A program made the position numbers and the translations under genes. The notes beneath the pieces were generated by a model. The model was not told where the DNA came from and made no database searches. It saw only the letters and a list, made by a program, of their open reading frames with translations. 64,000 nucleotides of DNA. It comes from an uncultured delta proteobacterium. GTDB taxonomy: Bacteria; Myxococcota_A; Polyangia; Polyangiales; B10-G4. The DNA lies in the NCBI GenBank assembly GCA_963727445.1, contig CAVSGI010000009.1, forward strand, positions 874,599 through 938,598. The letters run 5' to 3'. Within the stretch, counting starts at the first letter, position 1, and every line of letters begins with the position of its first letter. Below are positions 25,136-36,561 of the stretch, in pieces.

Positions 25136-27592
25136 ATGGTGTCCCGTCCCCCCTCCGCTTCTCTCTTCGCGTTCCTCTCGTTCCTCGTCCTGTCCGTCGC
25201 CGGTTGCGACTGCGCGGCGAAGCCGAGCATGACGCCATGCTCGTCGACCGCGGACTGCGCGAGCGGCGAGGCGTGCGTCGACGGCACGTGTGAAGCCGGA
25301 GGCGGTGACACCGGCACCGACGGGACCACGATGTGCCCGGATGGGCGACGTGGCTGCGGCCCCGCGGGCGTTTGCTGTCCCGGCGACCTGGTCTGCGCTT
25401 CCGGCGCCTGCGCGACCGACTGCGGCGGCGCGGCGGCGTGCGGTGGCATGTGCTGCGAGGTTGGCCAGGTGTGCATGGGCGACGCGTGCATCGCCGAGTG
25501 CGCGGACCCGACGCAGCTTTGCGGCGCCTCGAACGAGCTCTGCTGCGCCGACGGAGAGGCGTGCTTGTCGAACGCCTGCGTCACTCTCGGGGGCGCCTGC
25601 ACCACCACCGACGACTGCGAGGTGGACGAGCTCTGCGATCCCGTCCTGATGCGCTGCGTTCCACGTAGCGCGGTCGAGGTCTGCGAGTACCGTCCGCCGA
25701 TCGGCGACTTCAACCCGGCCATCGCCTGCCGCTGGCTTCCCGCCGCCGGTGACCGCGTGAACTCGGACGACGTGGTCATGGCGCCCGCGGTCGCCAACCT
25801 CACCGACGACAACGGCGACGGCGTGACCGACACCCACGACATTCCCGACATCGCCCTGGTGAGCTTCAACCGGCCGGCGGACGGCTGCTGCACCGCGAAC
25901 GGAACGCTCCGCATCATCGATGGACGCTGCAACATGGACGGTACGATGAACACCATCGCGACGATCTCGTCGCCCTTCATCGACAACTCGACCGGGATCG
26001 CCCTCGGCAACCTCCACCCGGACACGCATGCCTGACGAGGCCAACCCGGAGATCGTCGCCACCATCCAGCGAAACGGCACCATCGCCTTCCGCCGCACGG
26101 CCGACGACGGGTCGGCCTGGGAGGTGATGTGGCACAACACCATGTACCTGCCGGCTGCGCGCTACAACAGCTCGGGCGCCGCGCCCTCCCTCGCCGACCT
26201 CGACGGTGACGGGCAGCCCGAGGTCATCGTCGGCAACGTCGTGCTCAACGGGCTCGACGGGTCGTTGGTGTGGGACGGTGACGTGACTGTCGGTCCCAAC
26301 GCCGGCGTCGGCAACAACGCCTTCCTCGGCCCGACCTCGACCATCGCCGACCTCGACCTCGACGGGACACCCGAGGTCATCGCCGGCAACACCGTCTACG
26401 ACGGCCCGACCGGCGCCGAGGTCTGGACCTACGACTACACGAGCAGCAACTCCAGCTGCGGGGGAAGCGTCCCCTGCGACGGTTACAACGCCGTCGGCGA
26501 CTTCGACGCCGACCCCGAGGGCGAGGTGGTGATCGTCCGGCGCGGGCAGGTCTTCGTCCTCGAGCACGACGGCACCGAGAAAGCCGTGAGTCGACATCCC
26601 CACGGTCGCCTGCACCAACAACGAGGGCGGCCCGCCCACCGTGGCGGACTTCGACGGCGACGGAAACGCCGAGATCGGCGTCGCCACCGCCGACTTCTAC
26701 ATCGTCTTCGATCTGGACTGCACGGGCATGCCGCTGCCGGCCGAATGCGACGCGCAGTACATCCGATGGCGCCAGCGCAACATGGACTGCTCGTCACGCG
26801 TCCACCGGCTCGAGCGTCTTCGACTTCGACGGGGATGGTCGCGCCGAGGTGGTTTACGCCGACGAGCAGGACTTCTACATCTTCGACGGAAACGACGGCA
26901 CGATCCTCTTCGACGATCCGGGCCACACCAGCAACACCCGGATCGAGATGCCCATCGTGGTCGACGTCGACAACGACGGGAAGAGCGAGGTGCTCGTGCC
27001 CGAGGCGCCTCCCACGGACTCCACCCCGGACGGTCTGGTGGTGTGGACCGACGCCGGCAACAACTGGGTGCGCACCCGCCGCATCTGGAACCAGCACACC
27101 TATCACGTCACCAACATCACCGAGGACGGCCAGGTCCCCCGCATGGAGACGCCCAACTGGTCGATGTCTCGCCTGAACAACTTCCGTCAGAACGTGCAGC
27201 CCTCGGGCGCCTTCGATGCGCCCGACCTCTTCGTGCAGAGCATCGATGTCGAGTCGTGCAACGCGAGCACCAGCACCTTCGAGATCGCGGTGACGGTGGG
27301 TAACCGCGGCGCGCTGGCGGTCGCGGCTGGCGTTCCGGTGACGGCGACGGCCACCCCTACGGGCGGAATGCCCGAGTCGCTCGGCGTCCAGCGGACGACC
27401 GACTACATCCTCCCCGGCGGAACGGAGACGCTGATCTTCACCTGGATGCCGAGCGGGGGCTTTTCGTTCATGGACTTCAGGGTCACCGCGCGCGTCGACG
27501 ACGATGGAATGGGCGGCGCCGAATACAACGAGTGCGACGAGGACAACAACGAAGCCACGAGCGACGTGCTCATGGTCTGCTCCTTCGGCTGA
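25136..27592 (+). CDS. Cys-rich FG-GAP/VCBS-repeat exported protein with CARDB-like C-terminus, split by about three frameshifts
   Basis: ADLDGDGQPE, ADFDGDG and DVDNDGKSE repeats across successive frames; WNQHTY, NNFRQN and ECDEDNN. Confidence 0.8.
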
Positions 27593-27593
27593 T

Positions 27594-28502
27594 TCAGCCG
27601 TCGGCGAGCGCGGCGTCGGCGAGCGGGGCGGCGTCGCGGGTGGTGAGCGAGTGGTCGTAGCGGTGGGCGCGGATGCCCTCTTCGCGGAAGCGCAGAGCGA
27701 GCTCGGTGCGGACGTCGTGGGTGAGCATCCAGGCGTTGGCGGGACCGTCGGCCCATCCGGCGACCCAGCACTGGATGCCCTCCTTGGCGGTCTCCATCAC
27801 CCAGAAGCGGGGTTCTTCGTAGGGCGCGAAGTGCTCGCTCGCGCGCGTCGCCTCGATGGCGATCTCCTTCACCCGCGTCAAGTCGGTGTCGTAGGAGACC
27901 CAGAACTCGACGTAGGGCCACAGGTAGTGATCGAAGATGGTGTAGTTGAGGATCTTCGACTGGAGCATCTGCGCGTTGGGGATGACGTAGCGCTTCCAGT
28001 CCCAGCGCTTCAGCGTGGTGTGGGTGATGGTGATGTCTTCGATGGTTCCGTAGTGACCATCGAGGACGACCGTGTCGCCGATGCGGAGCACCCTCGAAAA
28101 GGAGATGGTCAGGCCGGCGATGGCATTTTCGATCACCGGGCGGGCGGCGACGCCGATGGTCACGGTGATCACCGCAGCGACCACGGAGACGAGCGCCGCC
28201 GGCACCAGGGTGAGGAAGGGGAGGCTCAACACCAGCGCCGTCACCAGGATGACCATCGGGATCGCGAGGCGCCGCGTCACCGTGAATCGGCTCTCGATGC
28301 TCTCGATGGCCCGCTCCGTCGCCTGCCTTTGCAGGTTCTCGACCGGGCCATCACCGTCCACCGCAGCGGTCAGGTCGCGCCGCTCGACGAGCCGCACGCG
28401 TTTGTCTGCGTTACGGCGGAGCGCGTACAAGACTCGAATCAAGGTCAGGAGCCCTACGGCGCTGACGATGGCGACGTATGCGTGGAGGGGGTCGAGCTGC
28501 AT
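27594..28502 (-). CDS. MscS-family mechanosensitive channel
   Basis: TM helices followed by LRIGDTV...GTIEDI...IPN. Confidence 0.85.
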   Translation of the reverse strand: MQLDPLHAYVAIVSAVGLLTLIRVLYALRRNADKRVRLVERRDLTAAVDGDGPVENLQRQATERAIESIESRFTVTRRLAIPMVILVTALVLSLPFLTLVPAALVSVVAAVITVTIGVAARPVIENAIAGLTISFSRVLRIGDTVVLDGHYGTIEDITITHTTLKRWDWKRYVIPNAQMLQSKILNYTIFDHYLWPYVEFWVSYDTDLTRVKEIAIEATRASEHFAPYEEPRFWVMETAKEGIQCWVAGWADGPANAWMLTHDVRTELALRFREEGIRAHRYDHSLTTRDAAPLADAALADG

Positions 28503-28552
28503 GTACGCGCCGCAGTGTGGCGCGGCCGACGCTCCCTGTCGATGGTCGCAGC

Positions 28553-29869
28553 TCAGTCGCTCTCCGCCGCCTCCCAGCGGAGCTCGCTCGCCGCGGCGCG
28601 AAGCTCCACACCGCAGAGCGTCAGCACGAAGTCGGTCCCGTCGCTGTCGAGCTCGGGGTTGGCGCGGTCGTCCATGGTGGGGACGACGCGCAGCGGACCG
28701 ACCGGCTCTTCAGCGCCGACGTCGAAGGCCTCGACCACCGCCACGCGGCTGCCGGGCGGGTAGCGCAAGAGCATGGACCGGCCGCCGACCCGCGCCAGAC
28801 CGAGGCGTGACGGTCCGATCGGCTGCTGAACCGGCGCCGCGCAGCGCGTCCCCTCCGGCCTGTCGAGGCTGCATTCGAAGAGCCGCGCCTCCGCGTCGCC
28901 CGCGTAAGCGAGGGTCGGGCCGTCGTCGCTGCAGGCGAGATGGACCTCCCGCCCGTCCTCGCCGCGGAGCGCTACGGCGAGCGCTTCATCACCGACCTGC
29001 TCACGGCTCAGCACCTCGTGCTCCGGGCCGAGGGCGATCCAGTGCACGCTGCTTTCCGTCGCGAGGACGAGGTGAGAGCTCGACGCGGCGCCGCACGCCC
29101 TCAGCCTGCGCCACGCATCCTCCTCGCTGGCGCCTCGGGCGACGACCACCGGCGCGTCCGCGCCTTCGTCGCGCACTTCGATCTGCCCGTCGGGCCTCGC
29201 CCGAAAGCTGTAAAGCGTCCCGCCCACCCGCGCGGCGTCCGCGAGCGGGTCGTCCGCACCGATGCTCAGATTCACCGCGGTGGTCGGACAGTCGTCGCCG
29301 CGGACGAATGCAGGGAGCACTTCCTCGTCCCACGGCGCGACGGGCGCGGTCGCCTCCGGAAAAGGCGAACCTTCGCCCCCGTAGCTCGACCAGAGCGAGG
29401 CGACGTCCGCGTCGACGCGCATCACGAGCGCGGCGAGCGCGCGCAGCTCGCGGAACGAAAAGGGCCGGCGGCCATCGTCGTCGGCGAAGGGCGTCTCGTA
29501 GGGGCCGGGCACGGGTGCGCCCGCCTCTGGCGGCCTCAGCGCGGAGAGCTCCTCGAGCGTTGCGTGCGCTTCGGAGAAGCACGTGAATGGATAGTGCGCC
29601 GAAGGCGGCGCGAGGGCCAGTGAGCGATCCCGGGCGCGCACCATGGACAGGGCGAGCGCCTCGGCGTCTTCGTCGCTTCCCGGAGGCGCGTTCGTCAGAC
29701 ACCAGCGCACGTCACTCCAGCGCTGGGCAAGCGCGCCGACCTCCGCGAGGAACGCGCGCTTCGCCATCCACCGCTGGTAGTGCTTCATCAGGGCCCACCC
29801 GCCGCCGGCGAGCATCAGGACCGCGACGAGGCCGATCGCCCATCCGCTCCGGTCGTTTTTTCGCACCAC
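28553..29869 (-). CDS. Hypothetical protein with N-terminal TM helix
   Basis: Long ORF filling the gap between neighbours; no motif recognised. Confidence 0.55.
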   Translation of the reverse strand: MVRKNDRSGWAIGLVAVLMLAGGGWALMKHYQRWMAKRAFLAEVGALAQRWSDVRWCLTNAPPGSDEDAEALALSMVRARDRSLALAPPSAHYPFTCFSEAHATLEELSALRPPEAGAPVPGPYETPFADDDGRRPFSFRELRALAALVMRVDADVASLWSSYGGEGSPFPEATAPVAPWDEEVLPAFVRGDDCPTTAVNLSIGADDPLADAARVGGTLYSFRARPDGQIEVRDEGADAPVVVARGASEEDAWRRLRACGAASSSHLVLATESSVHWIALGPEHEVLSREQVGDEALAVALRGEDGREVHLACSDDGPTLAYAGDAEARLFECSLDRPEGTRCAAPVQQPIGPSRLGLARVGGRSMLLRYPPGSRVAVVEAFDVGAEEPVGPLRVVPTMDDRANPELDSDGTDFVLTLCGVELRAAASELRWEAAESD

Positions 29870-29939
29870 GGCGCGACTCTACCTGGTTCTCTCCGGGTGC
29901 GCGTGGACGTGGCAATCGATGGGCGCTATAGCCGCCGCC

Positions 29940-32684
29940 ATGGCTCGCACGCGCATCTCCACCCTCGTCGCCCTCGTGCTCTTCGCCGCTTCCTGTGGAG
30001 GTGGCGTCGCGACCGGGCCCTCCATCGCCCAGGAAGAAGCGGACCTGCCCGACACGCCGCCCGAGGAGGACCCGCCCCTCGGCCGACTCCCCGAGGACGT
30101 GACGCCGAAGCACTACGAGGTGAAGCTCCGCGTCGTCCCGACCGAGGAGCGCTTCAGCGGAACCGTCGACATCCTCGCGACCCTCGATGCGCCGCGGAAC
30201 GTGATCTGGATGCACGGACGGGACCTCGCGGTGTCGGCGGTGACGGTGACGCCCGCGGGCGGAGAGCCCATCGACGCGGCCTGGGAGCAGGTGGACGAAG
30301 AGGGTGTGGTCGCGGTGCGGCTCGATTCGGTCATCCAGCCCGGTGACGCGATGATCCATGTCGAGTACGACGCTCCCTTCAACCGGCAGCTCGAAGGGCT
30401 CTACCGCGTGGACACCGCCGGCGAGAGCTACGCTTTCACCCAGATGGAGGCGATCAGCGCGCGGCGCGCCTTCCCTGGCTTCGACGAGCCCCGCTTCAAG
30501 GTGCCCTTCGACTTCACCCTCGAGGTGAAGGCCGACCACGTGGCTGCGGCCAACACTCAGGCTGCCTCCGAAGAGGAGATCGGCGGCGGGATGAAGCGCG
30601 TGCGCTTCGCGACCACCGAGCCGATGCCGACCTATCTGGTGGCCTTCGCCGTCGGGCCCCTCGACGTGGTCGTCGGCGATCCGATCCCGCCCAACGACGC
30701 CCGCCGGCGGCCGCTCCCTTTCCGCGGGCTCGCGGTGAAGGGACAGGGGGAGCGCCTGGCGTACGCGCTCGAGAACACGCCTGCGATCCTGGCGCAGCTC
30801 GAGACCTACTTCGGCATCGCGTACCCCTACGACAAGCTCGACATCGTCGCCGTGCCCGACTTCGGCGCCGGCGCCATGGAGAACATCGGCCTGGTGACCT
30901 TCCGCGAGTGGCTGCTCCTGGTCGACCCGGAGGAGGCCGAGGAGGACCAGAAGCGCGCCTTCGCCGGGGTGATGGCCCACGAGCTGGCCCACATGTGGTT
31001 CGGCAACCTGGTCACGATGCCCTGGTGGAACGACATCTGGCTCAACGAGGCCTTCGCGACCTGGATGGCGAGCAAGGTGATCCGCGCCCTCTACCCGCAG
31101 TACCGCGCCGACGTGAGCCAGCTCGTTCGTGTCGAGGGCGCGATGGAGCCCGACAGCCTCACCACCGCGCGCCGCATCCGTCAGCCGATCGAGAGCAACC
31201 ACGACATCCGGAACGCCTTCGACGCCATCACCTACTCGAAGGGTGGCGGCGTTCTCGAGATGTTCGAGCGTTGGATGGGCGTCGACACCTTCCGCGAGGG
31301 CTTGCGCCTCTACATGAACGACCATCGCTTCGGCAACGCGACCGCCGAGGATCTCTTCGCGGCGCTCAGCCAGGCGTCGAACCGCGACGTCGCCACGCCC
31401 TTTTCGACCTTCGTCGATCAGCCAGGCGTTCCGACGGTCGCCGTGACGCTCTCCTGCGAAGGCGACACCCACGAGCTCCGCCTCGCGCAGTCGCGCTATC
31501 TGCCCGTGGGCTCCGAGGGTGACCGCAACGAGACCTGGGAGATCCCCCTCTGCGCCCGCTATCCGGTCGACGGTGAGGTCCAGCAGAGCTGCGAGCTCCT
31601 CACCCAGGCCCAGGGCACCCTCGCTCTCGAAGGGGAGGCATGCCCCGATTGGGTCATGCCGAACGCCGACGGCGCCGGCTACTTCCGCTTCACGCTCCCG
31701 TCGGCGCAGCTCGAGAGCCTGAGGACCCACGGCCTCTCCGAGCTCACGGCGCGGGAGCGCCTGGCCGTCGCCGACAGCCTGAAGGGGGGCTTCGAGAGCG
31801 CCGAGCTGCCGGCGGCCGACGTGCTCGCCGCGCTCTCGCCCCTCGTCCGCGACGAGGTCCGGCAGGTGGCTGTGGCCCCGATGGACGTGATCCGCTTCGT
31901 GCGCCGGCGCATCACGACCGGCGAGGAGAAGGAGCGCCTCGACGTGTGGGCGCGGCGCCTCTATCAACCGACGTATCGGCGGCTCGGCTGGGCGCCGCGA
32001 CGCGGTCGCACCGAAGACGGCGAGACCGCGCTCTTGCGCGCCGACGTCATCAACTTCCTCGCCATGAGCGTGGAGGACCCGGCGGTGCGTCGCGAGGCTG
32101 TGCGCCGCGGACGCGCCTACGTCGGCTTTGGCGGCGATGGCGAGATCCATCCGGACGCCGTCGACCCGAACCTCGCGGACGTCGCGCTGGGCGTCGCGGT
32201 CCAGGAGGGCGACGCCGCGTTCTTCGAAGCACTTCTCGAAAAGTTCGTCGCTTCCTCCGACGCGACGCTGCGCAATCGCCTCCTGGGCGCGCTCTCCAAG
32301 GCCAAGAGCGAAGAGCTCTCCGCGCGCGCCATCGCGCTCACCCTCGATGATCGCCTCCGCGTCAACGAGATGTTCACGCCGCTGATGACGCAGCTCAGCA
32401 TGGAGGAGACCCGCGAGCGTGCCTGGGCCTGGCTGCAGCAGAACTTCGACGCCTTCGTCGAGCGCGCCGGCCCGGGGCGCGCCGGGTACACGCCCTTCGT
32501 CGCGACCTCCTTCTGCGACGCCGGCCGGGTGGAGGAGATGCAGGCGTTCTTCGGCCCGCGCGTCGACGAGCTCCCGGGTGGTCCCCGCAATCTCGCGACC
32601 GCCCTCGAGGCGATGCGCCTCTGCGCTGCCCGCGTGGACGCGCAGCGACAGTCCACTGCGCAGTTCCTTTCCCGGCGTCGCTGA
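29940..32684 (+). CDS. M1 family aminopeptidase, lipoprotein
   Basis: GAMEN, HELAHMW, IWLNEAFA and YSKGG; lipobox AASC. Confidence 0.93.
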   Translation: MARTRISTLVALVLFAASCGGGVATGPSIAQEEADLPDTPPEEDPPLGRLPEDVTPKHYEVKLRVVPTEERFSGTVDILATLDAPRNVIWMHGRDLAVSAVTVTPAGGEPIDAAWEQVDEEGVVAVRLDSVIQPGDAMIHVEYDAPFNRQLEGLYRVDTAGESYAFTQMEAISARRAFPGFDEPRFKVPFDFTLEVKADHVAAANTQAASEEEIGGGMKRVRFATTEPMPTYLVAFAVGPLDVVVGDPIPPNDARRRPLPFRGLAVKGQGERLAYALENTPAILAQLETYFGIAYPYDKLDIVAVPDFGAGAMENIGLVTFREWLLLVDPEEAEEDQKRAFAGVMAHELAHMWFGNLVTMPWWNDIWLNEAFATWMASKVIRALYPQYRADVSQLVRVEGAMEPDSLTTARRIRQPIESNHDIRNAFDAITYSKGGGVLEMFERWMGVDTFREGLRLYMNDHRFGNATAEDLFAALSQASNRDVATPFSTFVDQPGVPTVAVTLSCEGDTHELRLAQSRYLPVGSEGDRNETWEIPLCARYPVDGEVQQSCELLTQAQGTLALEGEACPDWVMPNADGAGYFRFTLPSAQLESLRTHGLSELTARERLAVADSLKGGFESAELPAADVLAALSPLVRDEVRQVAVAPMDVIRFVRRRITTGEEKERLDVWARRLYQPTYRRLGWAPRRGRTEDGETALLRADVINFLAMSVEDPAVRREAVRRGRAYVGFGGDGEIHPDAVDPNLADVALGVAVQEGDAAFFEALLEKFVASSDATLRNRLLGALSKAKSEELSARAIALTLDDRLRVNEMFTPLMTQLSMEETRERAWAWLQQNFDAFVERAGPGRAGYTPFVATSFCDAGRVEEMQAFFGPRVDELPGGPRNLATALEAMRLCAARVDAQRQSTAQFLSRRR

Positions 32685-32734
32685 GCCAGGACCGCCCACC
32701 ACCCGTCGTTTTCGCCCGATTTCCGCGCGAAAGC

Positions 32735-34015
32735 GTGTCAACGCGTGCCATTCGGGCTGGCCCGATCCGTGCTTCGTCGTCTGGCGTGCCCTCTCGGCCC
32801 GCCGCGCTCGTGCTCCTCTGGCTCTCTGGCTGTTACCAATCCCACGGGCTCCCCGAGGGCGAGCCGCCGCCGGAGACCGCCGACGCAGGCCCGGACGTCA
32901 CCGATGCCGGCCCGGACGCGCTCGATGCGCTCCCCGACGTCCCCACCGACACGAGGACCTGCGAGGACGCGGGCCCCATCGAGCCGGGCGTGGAGCTGCT
33001 GGTGGACATGCTCTTCGTCGTCGACAGCTCGGGCTCCATGTCGGAGGAGCAGGCCGCGCTCGCGCGCGAGTTCCCGCGCATGGTGCGGATGCTCGTCACG
33101 GGGGATCTCGACGAGGACGGGCGTGCAGAGTTCGAGCCCGTGACAGACCTGCGCGTCGGCGTCATCACCACCGAGCTCTCCACGCACGGCATCGCGGTGC
33201 CCGGCTGCTCGGCGGACGTCCTCGACGGCGACGACGGCGCGCTTCGGACCCACGGCTACTGGTGGCGCGACGAGTGCCGTCGTCATTACCCATCGTTCCT
33301 CTCGTTTCGCGCAGAGGAGGGGGGCGCCGACCGTTTCGTCGCCGACTTCTCGTGTGTCGCCCAGGTCGGAAACGAAGGCTGCGGCATCGAGCAGCCACTC
33401 GAAGCGGCGCTCAAGGCGCTCACGCCTTCCACATCGGAGATCACCTTCGTCGATGGGACGGGGCGCCGCGACCTCGACAACACCGGCTTCGTCCGCGACG
33501 ACGCGGTGCTCGCGGTGGTCGTGGTCACCGACGAGGACGACTGCTCGGTGGCGGACCCCGAGCTCTACGACCTCGAGTCGGAGCGCTATCCCTTCGACCC
33601 GATGACGGGCAACCTCCGCTGCTTCTCGTATCCCGAGGCGCTGACGCCGACCCGCCGCTACCTCGACGGTTTCCGGGGTTTCAAGGAAGACCCGAACGAC
33701 TTCTTCTTCGCCGCCATCACCGGCGTGCCTCCGGACCTCGTCAACGACGCCACCGACATCGACTACGACGCGCTCCGCGCAGACCCGCGCATGGTGCCCC
33801 GCCCCGACCCGGCGCGCCCACAGGAGCGCCTCGCGCCCGCGTGTGACGTCGTGGGCATCGGCTTCGCGGCGCCCGCCGTGCGGCTCCTCGACGTCGTCCA
33901 AGGTCTGGGACAGAACGCGACGATTCGCTCCATCTGCGACGACACCTTCACCGAGGCGCTCGGCGGGATCACCTCTCAGCTCGGCCGGGTGATCCGGCGA
34001 CACCACTGCCGCTGA
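32735..34015 (+). CDS. vWA-like domain lipoprotein
   Basis: MIDAS-like VDSSGSM, EQPLEA and TDEDDCS; lipobox LSGC. Start uncertain. Confidence 0.75.
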   Translation: MSTRAIRAGPIRASSSGVPSRPAALVLLWLSGCYQSHGLPEGEPPPETADAGPDVTDAGPDALDALPDVPTDTRTCEDAGPIEPGVELLVDMLFVVDSSGSMSEEQAALAREFPRMVRMLVTGDLDEDGRAEFEPVTDLRVGVITTELSTHGIAVPGCSADVLDGDDGALRTHGYWWRDECRRHYPSFLSFRAEEGGADRFVADFSCVAQVGNEGCGIEQPLEAALKALTPSTSEITFVDGTGRRDLDNTGFVRDDAVLAVVVVTDEDDCSVADPELYDLESERYPFDPMTGNLRCFSYPEALTPTRRYLDGFRGFKEDPNDFFFAAITGVPPDLVNDATDIDYDALRADPRMVPRPDPARPQERLAPACDVVGIGFAAPAVRLLDVVQGLGQNATIRSICDDTFTEALGGITSQLGRVIRRHHCR

Positions 34016-34135
34016 GGGTGCCGCTCGCCTCACGGCCCCTACCGCTCGGGCCGTCGCGTGCGCCGTTCGTCGCCCGGTCGCGGCGCGGCGAGCGCGGGCG
34101 CCACAGCTTGGCGCGTGACCACGAAAGGAGGTCGC

Positions 34136-34687
34136 GTGCCACGAATCCTCACTCCTCTCCTCGCCTATCTCATCTTCGCCGCCTGGGCGCCGGCGGCGCA
34201 TGCACAGAGCCCGGGGCGCCTCGAGCTCAGCTTCGACGGCGGCTACGGCGGCGGCTCGGAAGGCGGCTACGGCGAGCTGGCCATGGACTTCCGCGCCTAC
34301 GCGCCGAGCGGCGTCGGCGGCGTCGTGCGGGCGGGGGTCGCGACGCAGATCTTCAGCAACGCCTTCGCGTTGGATCTGGGCGTTTCACTTCGGCTGAATC
34401 TCGCCGGTGACGAGAGCGGCGGCCTCGCACTCACCGGAGCCGTCGGACCGAGCGTCGCCTACGGGCCCTTCGACATCGACTGGGTCGATGCCTGGGGCGG
34501 CTTCGCGATGCTCGGCCTCGACTACTGGCATCGCCACTTCCTGATCGGGCTGGGCGTGACGGGGCACCTCCTGGTCGCCTCGTCTCACGACCGGCAGGCG
34601 AGCTGGGCGGGCGAAGAGCCGGGGCGCAACGATCCGATCATGACGCTCGCGCCGATGCTGCGCGTCGGTTGGGCGTGGGGAAACTGA
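34136..34687 (+). CDS. Small secreted, probable beta-barrel protein
   Basis: AGGAGG RBS before GTG; signal peptide; amphipathic strands. Confidence 0.65.
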   Translation: MPRILTPLLAYLIFAAWAPAAHAQSPGRLELSFDGGYGGGSEGGYGELAMDFRAYAPSGVGGVVRAGVATQIFSNAFALDLGVSLRLNLAGDESGGLALTGAVGPSVAYGPFDIDWVDAWGGFAMLGLDYWHRHFLIGLGVTGHLLVASSHDRQASWAGEEPGRNDPIMTLAPMLRVGWAWGN

Positions 34688-36531
34688 TGCGGCGCTTCAT
34701 CCCATCCCTCGTCTTTCTGCTCGCCTGCGCGCCCACGCCGCCTTCGACGGAGCTCTTCGCCCACCCCTTTCCCGACGAGCGCCTCCGCGAGCCGGACGGG
34801 ACCCTGCGCATCGCCGAGTTCCCGGTCGGCACCGGCGCGCCCATTCGCCATCAGAGCGCGGCCTCTCTGCGGCGCGCGCGCGGCTTCGGCGTGGCGTCGC
34901 CCGTTCTCTTTCCCTTCGACGTGCCTCTCGACGAGGCGTCGCTGCCGAGCCTCGAAGCGAGCGCTGACGAAGACGCGTCGGTCCTCATCGTGAACGTCGA
35001 TCGCGATTCGCCCGACCTGGGCGCCCGGGCGATCGTCGACGTGCGCTTCCTCGCCGACGCCGGACCCTTCGGCGGGACGAATCTGCTGGTCGCGCTCCCC
35101 TATCCAGGCGTGCCCCTCGCGCGCGAGACGCTCTACGCCGCGGTCGTGACCACGCGGGTGCGCGCCGCCGACGGCACGCCGCTGCCGCCCTCGACGGAGC
35201 TCGCGCCCACGCCGGTGCACGCTGCCGCCGTCGACACGCTCGGCGAGCTCGGTGTCGCGCCGGACGCGATCGCCTCCCTCGCCGTATTCCGCACCGACGA
35301 CCCGACCCGCGACCTCCGCGCCGCCGTCGCCCAGGCGCTTCGCGAGGACGCGCCGGCGCTCGACACCCCGACGATGATCGAAGAGTACGAGGGCTACTGC
35401 GTGTTCGGCGCCATGGTCGACATGCCCGTCTATCAGGAGGGAGAGCCGCCGTATCTCCACGACGGCGGCGGTTGGGTGTGGGATCGAGACGACCACCTCG
35501 TCCTTCAGCGCCGCGCCCCCTCCCGCGTCTTCATCACCGTGCCGCGCGTCGTCGCGCAGCGCTATCCGAGCGCGCTCTTCATCCGAGCGGGCGGCGGCGG
35601 TGACCGCCCGCTGATGGATCGCGGCCCCCGCGACCGCGAGGGACACAGCGCTCCCGGGACCGGCATCGCCCGCGAGCTCGCCGAGGCGGGCTACGTCGGA
35701 CTCTCGGTGGACGGCCCCCTCGGCGGCATTCGCAACACCGCCGGCTGGGACGAGCAGACCGCGGTCTTCAACCTCGTGAATCCCATCGCCATGCGGGACA
35801 ACGTACGGCAGTCGGCGCTCGAGCTGGCGCTCCTCGCAAATGCCATCGACGATCTCCACATCGACGCTTCCGCCTGTGAGGGGGCGGCGCCGGTGGTGCA
35901 GGTCGACGCCCATCCGGTGCTCATCGGCCACTCGACGGGCGCCACCATCGCGCCCATCGCCGCGACGGTGTCGCCGCGCTTCAGGGCCATGGTGCTCGCC
36001 GGCGCGGGCTCGAGCTGGGTGCGGCAGCTCGTCTACAAGGAGAGCCCGGCGCCTCTCAGACCGCTGGCGGAGGTGCTCTTCGGCTACTGGCCTCGTCGCA
36101 CCCTCGTCGAGCACGACCCGATGCTCGGGCTCGTGCAGTGGGCGGGGGAGCCGGCGGATCCGATGGTCTACGCGCCGGAGCTCGAAGACCGCGACGTCCT
36201 CGTCTTTCAGGGCGTGGTCGACACCTACATCCCGCCGCCCATCGCCAACCCCACGGCGCTGTCGCTCGGCCTCGATCTCGCGGGAGAGCCTCTCGACGAA
36301 GGCGTCGGAGCCCGCTCCATCATCGACGACCTCGCCCTCGTCGGAGGAAGGGAGCGCCCCCTGCCGGCGGAATGCGACGCCTCGGGGCGCCTGCGGGTCG
36401 TCACCCAGCTCGCGGACGACGGGATCGAGGACGGCCACGAGATCCTCTATCAGCGTGCCGAGGCACGGCTTCAGCTCAGGCGTTTCCTCGAAACGCTGGC
36501 GGAGGGCGACCCCGCGCTGGTCGGGTTGTGA
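34687..36531 (+). CDS. Alpha/beta-hydrolase-like lipoprotein
   Basis: Lipobox LLAC; GHSTG nucleophile motif. Confidence 0.7.
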   Translation: MRRFIPSLVFLLACAPTPPSTELFAHPFPDERLREPDGTLRIAEFPVGTGAPIRHQSAASLRRARGFGVASPVLFPFDVPLDEASLPSLEASADEDASVLIVNVDRDSPDLGARAIVDVRFLADAGPFGGTNLLVALPYPGVPLARETLYAAVVTTRVRAADGTPLPPSTELAPTPVHAAAVDTLGELGVAPDAIASLAVFRTDDPTRDLRAAVAQALREDAPALDTPTMIEEYEGYCVFGAMVDMPVYQEGEPPYLHDGGGWVWDRDDHLVLQRRAPSRVFITVPRVVAQRYPSALFIRAGGGGDRPLMDRGPRDREGHSAPGTGIARELAEAGYVGLSVDGPLGGIRNTAGWDEQTAVFNLVNPIAMRDNVRQSALELALLANAIDDLHIDASACEGAAPVVQVDAHPVLIGHSTGATIAPIAATVSPRFRAMVLAGAGSSWVRQLVYKESPAPLRPLAEVLFGYWPRRTLVEHDPMLGLVQWAGEPADPMVYAPELEDRDVLVFQGVVDTYIPPPIANPTALSLGLDLAGEPLDEGVGARSIIDDLALVGGRERPLPAECDASGRLRVVTQLADDGIEDGHEILYQRAEARLQLRRFLETLAEGDPALVGL

Positions 36532-36561
36532 ACGGTGCTCGCCGTGCTAATCCGACGGGTC

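Noticed and set aside
29712..32741. Long antisense ORFs (this 1009-aa ORF, also 8155-10173, 10246-12192 and 40056-41870)
   Set aside because: Shadow frames of well-supported genes in high-GC DNA, with no motifs.
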